From a virus, in IMG/VR virus record IMGVR_UViG_3300023179_000046, positions 1 to 64,000 of that record: a DNA stretch of 64,000 bases, one strand, 5' to 3'. Shown here piece after piece: positions 10,342-21,358 of this stretch. Every line of letters starts with the position of its first letter. Position 1 is the first letter of the stretch. The notes beneath the pieces are model-generated. The model worked only from the letters and a program-made list of their open reading frames with translations, made no database searches and was not told where the DNA came from. The position numbers and the translations under genes are program-made.

Positions 10342-12188
10342 TTAAGTCCACATTACTTGGACAACTAGATTAGATCCAGAATTTGTTGATCCGACTTGCT
10401 TTAGTGCAACAGTTAAATAGTCAGTGGTTAATACAGTAGAGCCAGAGTTAAAACCAGTAGTTACTAGGCCGGTAGTAACTGACCCAGACTGCAAAGTAAA
10501 TCCAGATGCAGTAAAAATAGTTGACCCGCTGTTTCTAACATCAATAATTATACTTGAACCCGACGAAGGAGTACCTACGCTAGCCCTGACACCTGTAATA
10601 ATTCTATTTTGCCCTGTATCATTGTATAATCTGTAATCCCACGGTCCCGCCGTGGATAAAGAACCTGAGACCGTAAATGCTAATGTTTGAGGATAAAGTA
10701 ATTGTTTTACGAATGCCGTGGTTGCAATTTGAGCATTGTTAACTGTACTTGCAGCGGTTGGGGCTAGCGGTGTACCGTTAAAACTTGGTGAGTTTAATAA
10801 AACATAGGACGATGATGAAATCCCGCCCAATGATGCACTATTAGAAGCAGTAGAAATAGAACCACTAGAGGTTAGGAAACCTAGGGAGTTAACGTAGGGC
10901 TGCGTAGCGACGGCTGCGCCGCCGACGCTAGCAGCAGTAAAGTTTGCAGAGGCTAGTAAAGCATATGCACTAGCGGCAATATTATTTAATGATCCTGAGT
11001 TTACTAATGATGCTGTAGAAGTAATATTTCTTACAAATGCCGTCGTTGCAATTTGAGTATTGTTTACTGACGCAGCAACAGTAGGTGCTAGTGGCGCACC
11101 AGTCAATGTTGGTGATGCCAATAAGGCATAGGCGCTAGCGGCTACGCCGCCTAGCGATGCACTATTAGAAGCAGTAGAAATAGAACCACTAGAGGTTAGG
11201 AAACCTAAAGAATTAACATAGGGCTGCGTAGCGACGGCTGCGCCGCCGACGCTAGCAGCAGTAAAATTAGAGGATGCTAACAATGCATATGCGCTGGCGG
11301 CTGTGCCGCCTAGCGATGCTGAATTAATAGAACTTGCAGAAGTTAAATAACCCTGTGATGTAACAAAGTTTTGAGTGGCAACTGTCGATCCAGAGATACT
11401 TGCCGATGTAAAGTTAGCGCCCGACAATAATGCATAAGAATTAGGGTTAAAACCGCTCAAAGATGCACTTACACCAGAACTTGCTGAATATGTAACTGAT
11501 GCAGGTGTCGGTGCTGCACCTGCTGATGCAGCATACCCCGCGTTTGCTATTGATCCACTAGACGTTACATATCCTAAAGAGTTAACATATGGAATGGTTG
11601 CTATTGCGGAACCGCTTACGCTAGCAGCATTAAAATTAGCAGAACTCAGTAATGCATAATTATTTTGATTAAAATTAGACAACGATGCTGAAATGCCACT
11701 ACTTGCAGAATAGGTAACGCTCGCTGGTGTTGGTGCAGCACCGGCAGATGCAGCATAAGAAACACTACCACTGGTTGTTTGATATCCACGACCTAATACA
11801 TATGGTTGAGTTGCTAAAGCACTTCCAGAAATGCTAGCACTTATAAAATTAGCACCTGACAATAGGGCGTACGCTGAGGCTGAAAATCCACCTAAAGAGT
11901 CAGCATTACTTGCCGACCCGCCCAAGGGAATGTTGATGGTTACTGATGAGCCATTGTTCTTAGAGTGGCCCCGCCTCCGGTAAAGTTTAAATATGTGGCA
12001 GATGACGTAAGGACGTTATTAGAATTAGCGACTGCAATGCTTCCTCCACCGCCCCCGGTAGAACTTCCAGATGATCCGGCTACACCTTGCGGCCCCTGTG
12101 GGCCGGGTGAACTAATAATAACCCTATTTTCATTACTAGTAACTACAATATTGTTTACACTACTACTTACATTAATATTATCGGCCAT
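10342..12188 (-). CDS. Tail fibre protein, split by an apparent 1-nt frameshift near 11960
   Basis: ORF 11940..12188 (GPQGPQG collagen-like) continues in another frame as ...GGGATL/NNGSSVTINIPLGGSASNADSLGG into ORF 10342..11925 (SA-rich fibre repeats). Confidence 0.75.
10991..11265. repeat. 275-bp direct repeat, copy 2 (in fibre gene 10342..12188); partial third copy at 10832..10947
   Basis: GATCCTGAGTTTACTAATG...GCTAGCAGCAGTAAA occurs at both loci. Confidence 0.9.
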
Positions 12189-12565
12189 TAGTCAATGACC
12201 CCGGCGTCTACCTGAAACCACCCTTTAAGTAAAGTTGTACTAGTAGTAGAAGTTTTAATTTGTACTTGGTAGGCTGATTTGGGTAAATTAAATTTGCGCG
12301 TTTTTGCGGGGGTTAGATTAATGTCAAGTTTTCCCGCTGATGCCGTTATAGTAATACCATCATTGTTTGCTGGCGTGGCTGCAAATCCACAGGCCGAGGC
12401 ACAAAATATACTGCCACCCGGCTGATCCGCAACTATCATCAGGGCGGAAGCGTTGGTAAGATTAATAGGGACACCCGAAGGGTCCGTATAAGTTATAGAT
12501 AGAGAAAAACTATCTCCTTGCACAATGTTATAATTAGTATCTTTCACATCAACCACCCAGACCAA
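12188..12565 (-). CDS. Small tail/baseplate Ig-like adaptor protein
   Basis: IVQGDSFSLSITYTDPSGVPINLT pattern typical of fibre-attachment proteins. Confidence 0.6.
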   Translation of the reverse strand: MVWVVDVKDTNYNIVQGDSFSLSITYTDPSGVPINLTNASALMIVADQPGGSIFCASACGFAATPANNDGITITASAGKLDINLTPAKTRKFNLPKSAYQVQIKTSTTSTTLLKGWFQVDAGVID

Positions 12566-13784
12566 TTATATCATTTTGTAGTTGTGTGATACTCTCAGTC
12601 AATTGTTCAATTTGTATTTGTTGAAGTTGTATGGCTTTAGTTAAAATTGGTATGAGGGCGGTGTAGTCTAAATGATATCTACTTTCATATTCGCTTTCTG
12701 TCTCAGTCGGACCATAAACAATATTTGGAAAAACATCATTTATTTGTTGAGCAACAAAGCCAAATGATTTTCTATCATTTATTTCTCCAGTGTTACTTGA
12801 AATTAAATTGTATTCAACTGGTATTAAATTCTTTATTTTTGTTAATAGGTCGTGGTCATGAATAGGGTTAATGTTTCTTTTAATTCTAGAGTCTGACGGA
12901 GAGGTAATAGTGTGGCTACTTGTAAGTTGACTGGCCGAAGCGGTCCATTTAATGTAAGAAGAATGAGAACTTGAATCGCCACCGGAATACCCCAAATACA
13001 AAATACCATCAGTATCCGATGTTGAATATGCCGTACCATATCCAGACATTATACTTCCCCTAACAAGGATAGGGTCAGAAATTTCAATTTTTGATACTAA
13101 ACTACCACTTGTGTTCTTTAAACCTCCAAAACCGATGTAAGCATTTGCAGCACTACCACTAGATGATTTTCCAAAGTAAACATAGCCTCCGACCCCGCCC
13201 GGTCGTGATAGGCCTATGTCTCCAACCGAAGCGGTAAATGGCATATCAGCAGGATTAGTAGAGCCAGCCAATTTTAATGAGTTATAAACAATAATGGGTT
13301 GCTGTGCCCTCATTGTAATTGACCCAGTGGTATTAAAAATTTGTAACTCAGAGTCCGTACCACCACCCGCATTTGGAAGCAATGCAATTTTTGCATACTC
13401 TGTTCTAAATCCCTCACCCGGTGGTGTATATTGACCTGAATTATTCCATCCAAATGCAATTAGACCCGTTCCAATAGTAGTTCTAAAGAAACTCCCACTA
13501 CTTGAAAGAACGGGCGTGGAAATAATAAAATTTTCTATACCAGTGTCAGAATAACTAGAACTTGTAATTGCCATAAAGCCCGGTCCCTGAGTTACTGAAC
13601 CCGACAAAATATTTCCAGTTATAGGATGGGTAGCACTACCAAACGCAGTCTTAGCGTCCGGCGTAGAGAAACTGTAAGTGTTAGACCATTCACTAGCCTC
13701 ACCGTCCGTATTCCTACTTCTGATTTGTACTGCATAATTAGCACCCGGCTCTAGCCCAGTTAAAAGTTTAGAATAATCAGCCAT
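12549..13784 (-). CDS. Tail fibre with N-terminal FN3-like segment and C-terminal intramolecular chaperone (peptidase S74)
   Basis: LTGLEPGANYAVQIRS (FN3). SDSRIKRNI...GFVAQQI..VFPNIV...LDYTALIPILTKAIQ plus coiled coil (S74). Confidence 0.85.
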   Translation of the reverse strand: MADYSKLLTGLEPGANYAVQIRSRNTDGEASEWSNTYSFSTPDAKTAFGSATHPITGNILSGSVTQGPGFMAITSSSYSDTGIENFIISTPVLSSSGSFFRTTIGTGLIAFGWNNSGQYTPPGEGFRTEYAKIALLPNAGGGTDSELQIFNTTGSITMRAQQPIIVYNSLKLAGSTNPADMPFTASVGDIGLSRPGGVGGYVYFGKSSSGSAANAYIGFGGLKNTSGSLVSKIEISDPILVRGSIMSGYGTAYSTSDTDGILYLGYSGGDSSSHSSYIKWTASASQLTSSHTITSPSDSRIKRNINPIHDHDLLTKIKNLIPVEYNLISSNTGEINDRKSFGFVAQQINDVFPNIVYGPTETESEYESRYHLDYTALIPILTKAIQLQQIQIEQLTESITQLQNDIIGLGG

Positions 13785-14724
13785 CTATTAACCTTAACTT
13801 ATACTCTACTTCCATTGGTTGAGAAAAAACTTTACCAAACAAAGGTACGGTGGAGGATGAAGATATTGCTCTGCTAACTAATTTAAAATCATTTAATACC
13901 GGCGCTCCGTATGAAAACTTTAAATGATCCAGAATTACTGCACCGCTACTGCCAGAAAAGGTCACCGATACGCTAGTAAAATTATCAAAGTCATCGGGCT
14001 TTGGACCCATTAATGCTGATGAGGTATAGAATGCACTGGCAGCCTTGGCAGTTAAATTAACCGTAGAAGATGACCATACATTTTGTGGGGTAGAGTCATC
14101 ACCAAATTTTACTGAAAAGTTAATAGAAGAAGTTGTAGTGCTTGCGTAGTAAAGTATTTCTAGGCTACTTCCCTCATAGAAATTTTGGACGGGGAAATCT
14201 AGACCATTAATGATGGCAGTATTAGTTAAACTAGAAGCAGTCACTGACAGAACTATGTTGTTTGTGCCCGATCTTGTTGCGGGCAAAGTATCTCTCAATG
14301 TTGCTAGATTACCGTTTCCATATTTCCACAAAGTTGATCCAGAAGAAAATTCAGAAAAATCACTAATCTTAGTATTATCATAATAATTATCTAAATTAAC
14401 TTTTGCTGGTATGACACCTATTTCGTAGCAATCAAAATCATCAGCAGGATCAAGAGTCGTTTTTAAAACCATAAAGGATGACGAGCCGCTAGGACTATAT
14501 GTTTTAAGTGTGACGGGGTATCTTAATATTTCATACTGTAATCTTTCAGTAGAAGGAACAGTAGAAGATGAATTAAGACAACCTATCGCCAAAGACCCGG
14601 CCCAATCAAAAGTATTACCAGAAAGAAAAGCATTAATGGTAGAAATGCCATTAGAGGTCAACATATTTTTATATTCACCAATAACGACTCCATTAGAACT
14701 TACAGTATAAATTCCCTCTATCAT
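13777..14724 (-). CDS. Minor tail/baseplate protein
   Basis: KNMLTSNG...LAIG N-terminus typical of tail proteins, and position in the tail cluster. Confidence 0.6.
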   Translation of the reverse strand: MIEGIYTVSSNGVVIGEYKNMLTSNGISTINAFLSGNTFDWAGSLAIGCLNSSSTVPSTERLQYEILRYPVTLKTYSPSGSSSFMVLKTTLDPADDFDCYEIGVIPAKVNLDNYYDNTKISDFSEFSSGSTLWKYGNGNLATLRDTLPATRSGTNNIVLSVTASSLTNTAIINGLDFPVQNFYEGSSLEILYYASTTTSSINFSVKFGDDSTPQNVWSSSTVNLTAKAASAFYTSSALMGPKPDDFDNFTSVSVTFSGSSGAVILDHLKFSYGAPVLNDFKLVSRAISSSSTVPLFGKVFSQPMEVEYKLRLIDG

Positions 14725-15359
14725 AATTTAACAATCCTTATCTCAAAATCATCAGCGTTAAAACCATCAGGCACAGTAAACGATACTGGTGCGGTGTACG
14801 AAGGCTTACCGTCCGAAGAAACTCTTTTTTCTTCCAACGCTATGTCATAAACTGATATATTGCTAGGTGGAATCATATCGGGATTAACCGTAACGTCAGC
14901 CTCATCATATTTATCTATCGGGGCATACGGGTCACGCGCATTATCATCAAAAGCGGGATCGTATCCCTCATCTAAAATTTCAAAGAAGTCAAAATCTTTA
15001 TCCTGAGTTATTTCAGGGTCATTAAAAATATAGTAATCTTGTGCCTCTACATAATCTAAATCGTCTTCTTCTGCTAAAAGGATGCCGCTCCCCTCGGGAG
15101 CATCCAATGCAGAGGATAAAGGGTCAACGGGAATACTTCTTGATCTAACTTCCGGCCTATTCCTATCAACCACGTCTTGATCGAAAGTCTTTAAAATATT
15201 CGGAGGTAGCGTTCCTGAAAAAATAACCTCAGGATAACTTGCCCTAAAAACGTCGTTATTTCTTTGATCGTCAACGGTTAACGTTACTCTATAGAAATTA
15301 GAGTCGCCCTGACGATTATCAGAATTACCAGCCTTTGGTGGTGAATACGCTCTCAACAA
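14721..15359 (-). CDS. Acidic hypothetical (minor tail) protein
   Basis: 212 aa, TTG start with GGAG RBS, coupled to the downstream gene. Confidence 0.55.
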   Translation of the reverse strand: MLRAYSPPKAGNSDNRQGDSNFYRVTLTVDDQRNNDVFRASYPEVIFSGTLPPNILKTFDQDVVDRNRPEVRSRSIPVDPLSSALDAPEGSGILLAEEDDLDYVEAQDYYIFNDPEITQDKDFDFFEILDEGYDPAFDDNARDPYAPIDKYDEADVTVNPDMIPPSNISVYDIALEEKRVSSDGKPSYTAPVSFTVPDGFNADDFEIRIVKL

Positions 15360-15415
15360 TACTCCAAAATAAATACATTAATACATTCATTATACATTTC
15401 TTTCAACATAAAGTG

Positions 15416-18400
15416 TTATTGTGGCAGTTGAAACATTGGCTTTAAGGTAAGTTGAGTCTTTAAGCCATTACTAAAGTCATGAGAAATACCTTTAACAAGG
15501 AAAGTTTTAACATTCTCATCTAGCCCACCCGTTGGGCTATTCGGATCATAGCCAATCTTTTTAAGAGAATAAACCAATTGACAGAAATCGCCCAACTGAA
15601 CTAAAGGATTACCATAAATACTAACATTAACCTCAGAGTTAAAAGACGAAGCAAATAGGGCTATGCGGTCAAGAAGAATCTCAGCATCCCGCTCAGTTTG
15701 AACCCAAGGGCTTTCAATATTAATAGACTGACTCAAATTAGCAGCATCCACAACTCTTTCTAATTGTTTAGCATCAGACAATTTGCTATAGAATGCTCTT
15801 ACCGTATAGGGAAAAATAACACCGTCACCGATTTTACCATCAGTAACCGACAAGAAAATGGCACCATTGTCTCGGTTTACCGCCGCCTGACTAAATCTAA
15901 AAGGCGATGCGTTAATTCTTGAAAAACCAATGCTGTCTGATCTAGCGACCCTAAGTTTACTTCTAGTGCCAGCAGTATAATGAGGATTGTAGCCACCATA
16001 CTCTGACCTAACAGTTTTAATAGAAATGGGATTAGTGTTAAAACTTTCATTCTCAATAAATTGAGCACCAGTCAAATACAATGGACCCCAAAAATAATAT
16101 TTAGGTTCAGCCTCAGGATCTTTATTCATAATTTTTCTTAAAAACTCGCTAGACTCCCAATGGTGCTTAACGCGCCTATTATCAATTTCTACGCCATTCC
16201 CTTCAAACCAATTCACACCATACAATTCATAAAAATCAACCTTGGCTGCCGACTTTAACGACTCTAACTGTTGTTTAGCGGTGGTGGTGCCCTTTGGAAA
16301 ATTTAAAGCCGTAGAGTTATTGCCAGCCCAACAACCCCACTTTGCTTGTAATTTAATATTTCTGGCACCGTCCACTATAAAAGTTCCATATCTTCTATCG
16401 TCAACATATACGGTACAATAACTTAGGGCACCCCCCGGTATATTTACTGTATTTCTATTATTTTCGTTATGAAAAATAACAGTCAGTCTGTGTGGCTTGC
16501 CATCAAAAACGTTTTTAGTATAAAATCCTGTAGCCTTAGTAGAAACTGGATTACCTTTTTGATCTATAGAACTTAATTTAATAGTGTTGCTAGTATTTAA
16601 TTTCCTTAAAAGTTTAGTGGTTTTACCAGCGTTTAAAAGTCTAAATAATAAAGGACCATAGTTAGTATCAACAAAAATTCCGAGAGCGACCTGCTTGTTA
16701 AACTTAGGATCTGGTGCCCTAAAGACTGTTGAAAATGTATTAAAGTTAGAGGCTGATGTTGGCACTGTTTTTTCACCAGAATCAGTAGAAGCAATTGGAT
16801 ATAAAACAATAGGCCTAGTCTGATTACCTACTGTAAATGTAGCAATATTTTTGTGAAATAGAATATTGGGCTTTATTGATTTCCCGCCCACAATTAAAGA
16901 GTTTTGAAAGTTACCCGCGCTATCAATCCACTGTTCTCTAAAATTACCTGCGGGATTTTCATATCCATTCAATGAGTCCCTTCCAGTTTCATCAAACATC
17001 TTATGATTTCTTACGCTAGTAAATCTTTGGCCTCTAGCGAGTCCATGTATTTTCCCTGTGAAATCATATTTCACAGTAGTAATGCTAGGATCTTGATTCA
17101 TTAAATCTTGAGTAATTTCAGTAAGGTCACTACCAGAACGAATAATTGCATTAAAAGCAAGGCTTTTGTTTGGATACGGTAGTTTACTTCTTACTGTCAG
17201 AACAACGTTATTTTGGATGGGCGTAAACTTGTAGGAAAGACCCTCATATGAGACTAACTCACCCTGTAAAAAGAATGTGCCCTTCTGACTGTCTAAGCCT
17301 TTGTTTGGGTCTAAGAATTTAGATGGTGAGATAAACATGGACTCTGCATTATATTTTACAGAAACGTCTGCTGTAGTTCTAGCAAGCCCCGTGGTAGTTT
17401 TGCTAGACCAAACCCCGACCTCGGCTGCCGATTGTGTCCCCGTGAGAAAACTATCACTCTTGTCGCCGGAATAATTAATTGTAGGTATCTGATACGATAC
17501 AGAAACTTTTCCTACTTGGGGCGTAACGTTTTCAGAATAAGAATCATTCATGATATTTGCTATATATCTAATTTCTTGACCCTCAGAATTTAAAAGAGTT
17601 AATTCTTTATCTGTTACTGCAAAGTCGGGAGATAAAGTTTCATCATAGTAATCTTTAACTATTTTTTCTAAATCAATAAATCTTAAAATTCCGTATTCAT
17701 CAATGTATGCTGATATTTGATGGGCGGCAAGGTAACCCTGTAACGCTTCAAATAATGATTGCTTACTTTTGTCACACCAAAAGTGCGTAGTCTTAGTCGC
17801 GCGGTTTTTTAATAAAACTCTTAATCCATCGTAATCATAATCAGAAAAACCGCTAACATCTAAAATAGTTGTTATAGTTTCAAACATGCTTTCAAATTCA
17901 CCAAAATAGTCAGGAGCCTGCTTAGACATTAAAATAGTCTTAGAGGCATCAAATAGATTAATTGAAACTTCAAAACCACTAACATTCCATTCTTCTGAAT
18001 ACATAGTAAAAAATGGAATGTATTCATAAAAACTATTAAGTCCAGATACTAGGCATACTGTAAATTTACAGTTCTTTTTAAGCATCCCGGCAAAAGTAGA
18101 AGAATCTGAATAATGGTCAAATATTGTGTGCGGGAAAGAGTTTAGGGTTACCGGAATGTTACTGAGAGTAATGTCTGCTGAGTTGGCATTAGAAATACCC
18201 AAGGGGAACCCCGCCGAATTACCGTTATCTAATTGTTTGTTAACATTAACACTTTTAGTTAAACCACTAACATCAATTTCTAGGCGAGGGGATATTTCAA
18301 AAATGTGTGCCCTGCGGTTAGAATCATAATCACCACTCTCAATAAGAGTTTTATTGCTCCAAGAAAGAGTATTCATATTAAATATAATTCCGGTTACTTC

Positions 18401-20281
18401 CGGCAAAACGTTTATCAAAACACCCGAATCGCTAAGGGCGGGAGGGTAGTTTAAGGAAGGCTTTGTCGTAGACCAAACAGCCCCATCATAATATAAGGTG
18501 AGTATTCCCGAAGCATTAAAATCACCTGCCCCGTAGGGAATTGTAACAGTGCTACCATCACCAATTAGCAATTTAACATTACCCGTTGACAGCCTAATGT
18601 CCGTTAAACAATTAGAGCCTTTAATAACAATTTTATTGATAGACATATAGTTATTGTATTGAGCGCGTATGGATATTTTTTGACCGCTATTGCCATCTTT
18701 AGGGTCAGTCAAAACATCTAACTTGTCGCTTACATAATATTTCAAATTAGTGTCAGTTAGAGAATTATACATTTGCTTGTATGGACGCAAAGAATTATAC
18801 AGAGCATCTGGACTAAAAACCATTAAGGACGATGGCTTCGCAAAGGTTGCACCGGATAGGCCAAGTTTATGTTTATTAATTAATTTATCATCACTCTGTA
18901 AGTAAGGGTTTAGTAATGCCTCTCCCGGCCTAAACCCCTCAAAGCAAGATTCTACTGGATAATACGGTGAAGTATAGAATTCCCAACTAGTTATTTTAAA
19001 TATTTGTGGGCGGTATAAAACCATTCTAGAACCAGCATTTTGAGAAACGACATTAAAGTTAAACCTAATAGTGTTAAATGCTTCTGTGGAACCAAAAAGA
19101 ATTTCTATCTTTTTAAAACCAATGCTGTCCAATTCAACTGAACCTTTATTGTATGTAGGTTCAGAATTTGGGGTTTCATAGACCTTTAAAAAACTTCTAG
19201 TTGTTTCAAGATAGGTTCCACTTGTTTGTAATGTAACCTCAGGAATAAGGGTACTATTGGTTGTTTTAATTACCGGCGCTAAACGCTTTAATGGAGTTGA
19301 TAATTTATCTCTATAAGTAATGGCGTATGTATTTGTTTTACCCCCGCGCGTGCGTTCTCCCGGCGCCTGTGGTAGGCGAATGGTGCCAGTCGAAGAAACA
19401 ACAGAAGCAGTAACAATCAAATTGACTGTATCAATCGCAGTAACCACCCACGTTGATCTTACGCTTTGCCCACCGCCTCTTTTCCCAGAGGGATTGTTTA
19501 AAACAAATTTCTGTCCAAGAAAGAAATCAGAAACATCGTCATAATAAAAAGTACCGATAGATCCAGTTAGGGATGCATCATTAACTAACTTTGGATTAAA
19601 TTTAACAGTAGTTACATAGGAAAGGTTACCGGGCGAAGTGCCTCTAAGAACATGATAAGAACCAGCCGCATACTTTTTGTTGCCAACGTAATCAATGCCT
19701 ACATCAATATAACCATTACCAGTTCTTTGAACTTGAACTGATTGAACATCTGCAAGATAGGGGTCGGGTGGTGCGACCTGTCCATCCGGCCCCACCGGAG
19801 CCAAACGATAGTAGTAGGTGACAGGTGAACCGGACGTATACGGGGTTTCTGGAGTTAAAATAATTTGATTTCTAGGAATGGCATTAAGTTGGGTGTAATT
19901 TGTTACATCACCAGATTTGACATAGAAAACTGCCTTGTAGTATGAATTTTTAGCAGGAGTTACATTGATAGCGTCGGATGCATACTCAGCATAGGTGTTT
20001 TTCCCATAAAAATATACGGTTTTATCATCGGGGTTAGTATCGCATGAGATACCTAAATTGTTGTAGTCATTAGAAATTGACTGCCCGCCACTGTCAACAA
20101 TATTCCATCCACTTTTATCTGACAATATGCTTGCCGCAGCCAGCGGCGCGGCAGAAGAAGTATTAACCACATAGGGCTTCTCTATTAAATTGTAATTCCA
20201 TTCAATATGAACAACGGGGTTGATGTTAATAGAGTTAGCAGAGGCAAATTCGGTTTCAGCATTTCCACCTATTTTAAGCAA
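15416..20281 (-). CDS. Large minor tail/baseplate hub protein
   Basis: 1621 aa, two genes after the tape measure. AYIDEYGILRF and GNPLVQLGD...VKGISHDF tail-hub motifs. Confidence 0.8.
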   Translation of the reverse strand: MLKIGGNAETEFASANSININPVVHIEWNYNLIEKPYVVNTSSAAPLAAASILSDKSGWNIVDSGGQSISNDYNNLGISCDTNPDDKTVYFYGKNTYAEYASDAINVTPAKNSYYKAVFYVKSGDVTNYTQLNAIPRNQIILTPETPYTSGSPVTYYYRLAPVGPDGQVAPPDPYLADVQSVQVQRTGNGYIDVGIDYVGNKKYAAGSYHVLRGTSPGNLSYVTTVKFNPKLVNDASLTGSIGTFYYDDVSDFFLGQKFVLNNPSGKRGGGQSVRSTWVVTAIDTVNLIVTASVVSSTGTIRLPQAPGERTRGGKTNTYAITYRDKLSTPLKRLAPVIKTTNSTLIPEVTLQTSGTYLETTRSFLKVYETPNSEPTYNKGSVELDSIGFKKIEILFGSTEAFNTIRFNFNVVSQNAGSRMVLYRPQIFKITSWEFYTSPYYPVESCFEGFRPGEALLNPYLQSDDKLINKHKLGLSGATFAKPSSLMVFSPDALYNSLRPYKQMYNSLTDTNLKYYVSDKLDVLTDPKDGNSGQKISIRAQYNNYMSINKIVIKGSNCLTDIRLSTGNVKLLIGDGSTVTIPYGAGDFNASGILTLYYDGAVWSTTKPSLNYPPALSDSGVLINVLPEVTGIIFNMNTLSWSNKTLIESGDYDSNRRAHIFEISPRLEIDVSGLTKSVNVNKQLDNGNSAGFPLGISNANSADITLSNIPVTLNSFPHTIFDHYSDSSTFAGMLKKNCKFTVCLVSGLNSFYEYIPFFTMYSEEWNVSGFEVSINLFDASKTILMSKQAPDYFGEFESMFETITTILDVSGFSDYDYDGLRVLLKNRATKTTHFWCDKSKQSLFEALQGYLAAHQISAYIDEYGILRFIDLEKIVKDYYDETLSPDFAVTDKELTLLNSEGQEIRYIANIMNDSYSENVTPQVGKVSVSYQIPTINYSGDKSDSFLTGTQSAAEVGVWSSKTTTGLARTTADVSVKYNAESMFISPSKFLDPNKGLDSQKGTFFLQGELVSYEGLSYKFTPIQNNVVLTVRSKLPYPNKSLAFNAIIRSGSDLTEITQDLMNQDPSITTVKYDFTGKIHGLARGQRFTSVRNHKMFDETGRDSLNGYENPAGNFREQWIDSAGNFQNSLIVGGKSIKPNILFHKNIATFTVGNQTRPIVLYPIASTDSGEKTVPTSASNFNTFSTVFRAPDPKFNKQVALGIFVDTNYGPLLFRLLNAGKTTKLLRKLNTSNTIKLSSIDQKGNPVSTKATGFYTKNVFDGKPHRLTVIFHNENNRNTVNIPGGALSYCTVYVDDRRYGTFIVDGARNIKLQAKWGCWAGNNSTALNFPKGTTTAKQQLESLKSAAKVDFYELYGVNWFEGNGVEIDNRRVKHHWESSEFLRKIMNKDPEAEPKYYFWGPLYLTGAQFIENESFNTNPISIKTVRSEYGGYNPHYTAGTRSKLRVARSDSIGFSRINASPFRFSQAAVNRDNGAIFLSVTDGKIGDGVIFPYTVRAFYSKLSDAKQLERVVDAANLSQSINIESPWVQTERDAEILLDRIALFASSFNSEVNVSIYGNPLVQLGDFCQLVYSLKKIGYDPNSPTGGLDENVKTFLVKGISHDFSNGLKTQLTLKPMFQLPQ

Positions 20282-21358
20282 CTAAATCTCCACAAACTGA
20301 ATACTCATATCAACATAATCTGTTGTATAAAATCTTTTATTTATAGTATAGGTAAAATCTTTCATAAAAACTTTCATCACATCACTAGATACTGCTGGAC
20401 CAACAACGGCGGGGGACAAAGAGGTTAAATTCTTATAAAAGGCAGAGGGCGAACTAATTATATAGCCATTGCCAGTATATCCAATTGACTGAGTGGCATC
20501 AGGATAAGAACCTATATTCTGTGCTACGAATAAATTATTGTTAATAATGCTAGTTACTGTCCAGTTACCATTAATATTTGAATACCCGCCCTCCACGCTT
20601 TTAGTATTAGAAATACCAACCACCATGCCTGTTTGAATAAAATCAGTATTATCAATATTAAACGTACAGTACCCACTAGAAGTATTGTAAGAGTTAAGAT
20701 GAAACCTTGCGGGAGAATTACCACTCATATTAAAGTTAAAATATAGTTGTAAATAATTAGCCGACGCACCTTTGCCCTGTAATTTCCATACGCCATTAAA
20801 CATTTGATCTACACCATTAACATAAATATATGGAGAGTTTGCGACAGTAATTTCATTTCTTGCCGTTGTCACAATTGTTGCAGTAGACACACCCGCCGAA
20901 GCAGCAGTCATAGCAACCCTATCAATAATATAGGGAACAGCCGAAGCACTCGTTACATTATTAAAATTTAAATAACTGTCATTAGTACCATCAGCATTAT
21001 TCCAGTTCCAATTCTCAGAAGCATAAGATAACTTAATCCAAATAGGTTTATTGTAGTTTTGTTCATAGAAGGACTTTAGCCATGCCGCCCCCAAATTACC
21101 ATCTGATGTATAAAGTTTGCCGCCAGCGGCGGGAACCATATTCCAGTTAACAGAAATATTCTTCTTATTGGCAGTAACATACTTCCTTAAAGTACCATCA
21201 GCCATCCTAGAGGCATCCTCAACAGTCTCATAAGTAATCTGTAAAGGATCACGATTATGGTCAGTCAAAGTAAACGGGGTCAACAAATCATTAGGAGCAT
21301 TAGTATTAGGAATGTTAGGGTCAACAGTAAAAATCTGCAACATTGGAGTTAGAATCAT
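20282..21358 (-). CDS. Distal-tail-like minor tail protein with inserted beta domains
   Basis: Immediately after the tape measure. RMADGTLRKY motif. Confidence 0.7.
   Translation of the reverse strand: MILTPMLQIFTVDPNIPNTNAPNDLLTPFTLTDHNRDPLQITYETVEDASRMADGTLRKYVTANKKNISVNWNMVPAAGGKLYTSDGNLGAAWLKSFYEQNYNKPIWIKLSYASENWNWNNADGTNDSYLNFNNVTSASAVPYIIDRVAMTAASAGVSTATIVTTARNEITVANSPYIYVNGVDQMFNGVWKLQGKGASANYLQLYFNFNMSGNSPARFHLNSYNTSSGYCTFNIDNTDFIQTGMVVGISNTKSVEGGYSNINGNWTVTSIINNNLFVAQNIGSYPDATQSIGYTGNGYIISSPSAFYKNLTSLSPAVVGPAVSSDVMKVFMKDFTYTINKRFYTTDYVDMSIQFVEI

Noticed and set aside
6030-11265. Diversity-generating retroelement (Mtd_N-type fibre plus repeat)
   Set aside because: The repeat copies are identical, with no adenine-specific mismatches. 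They lie in shaft regions, and no reverse transcriptase is present.
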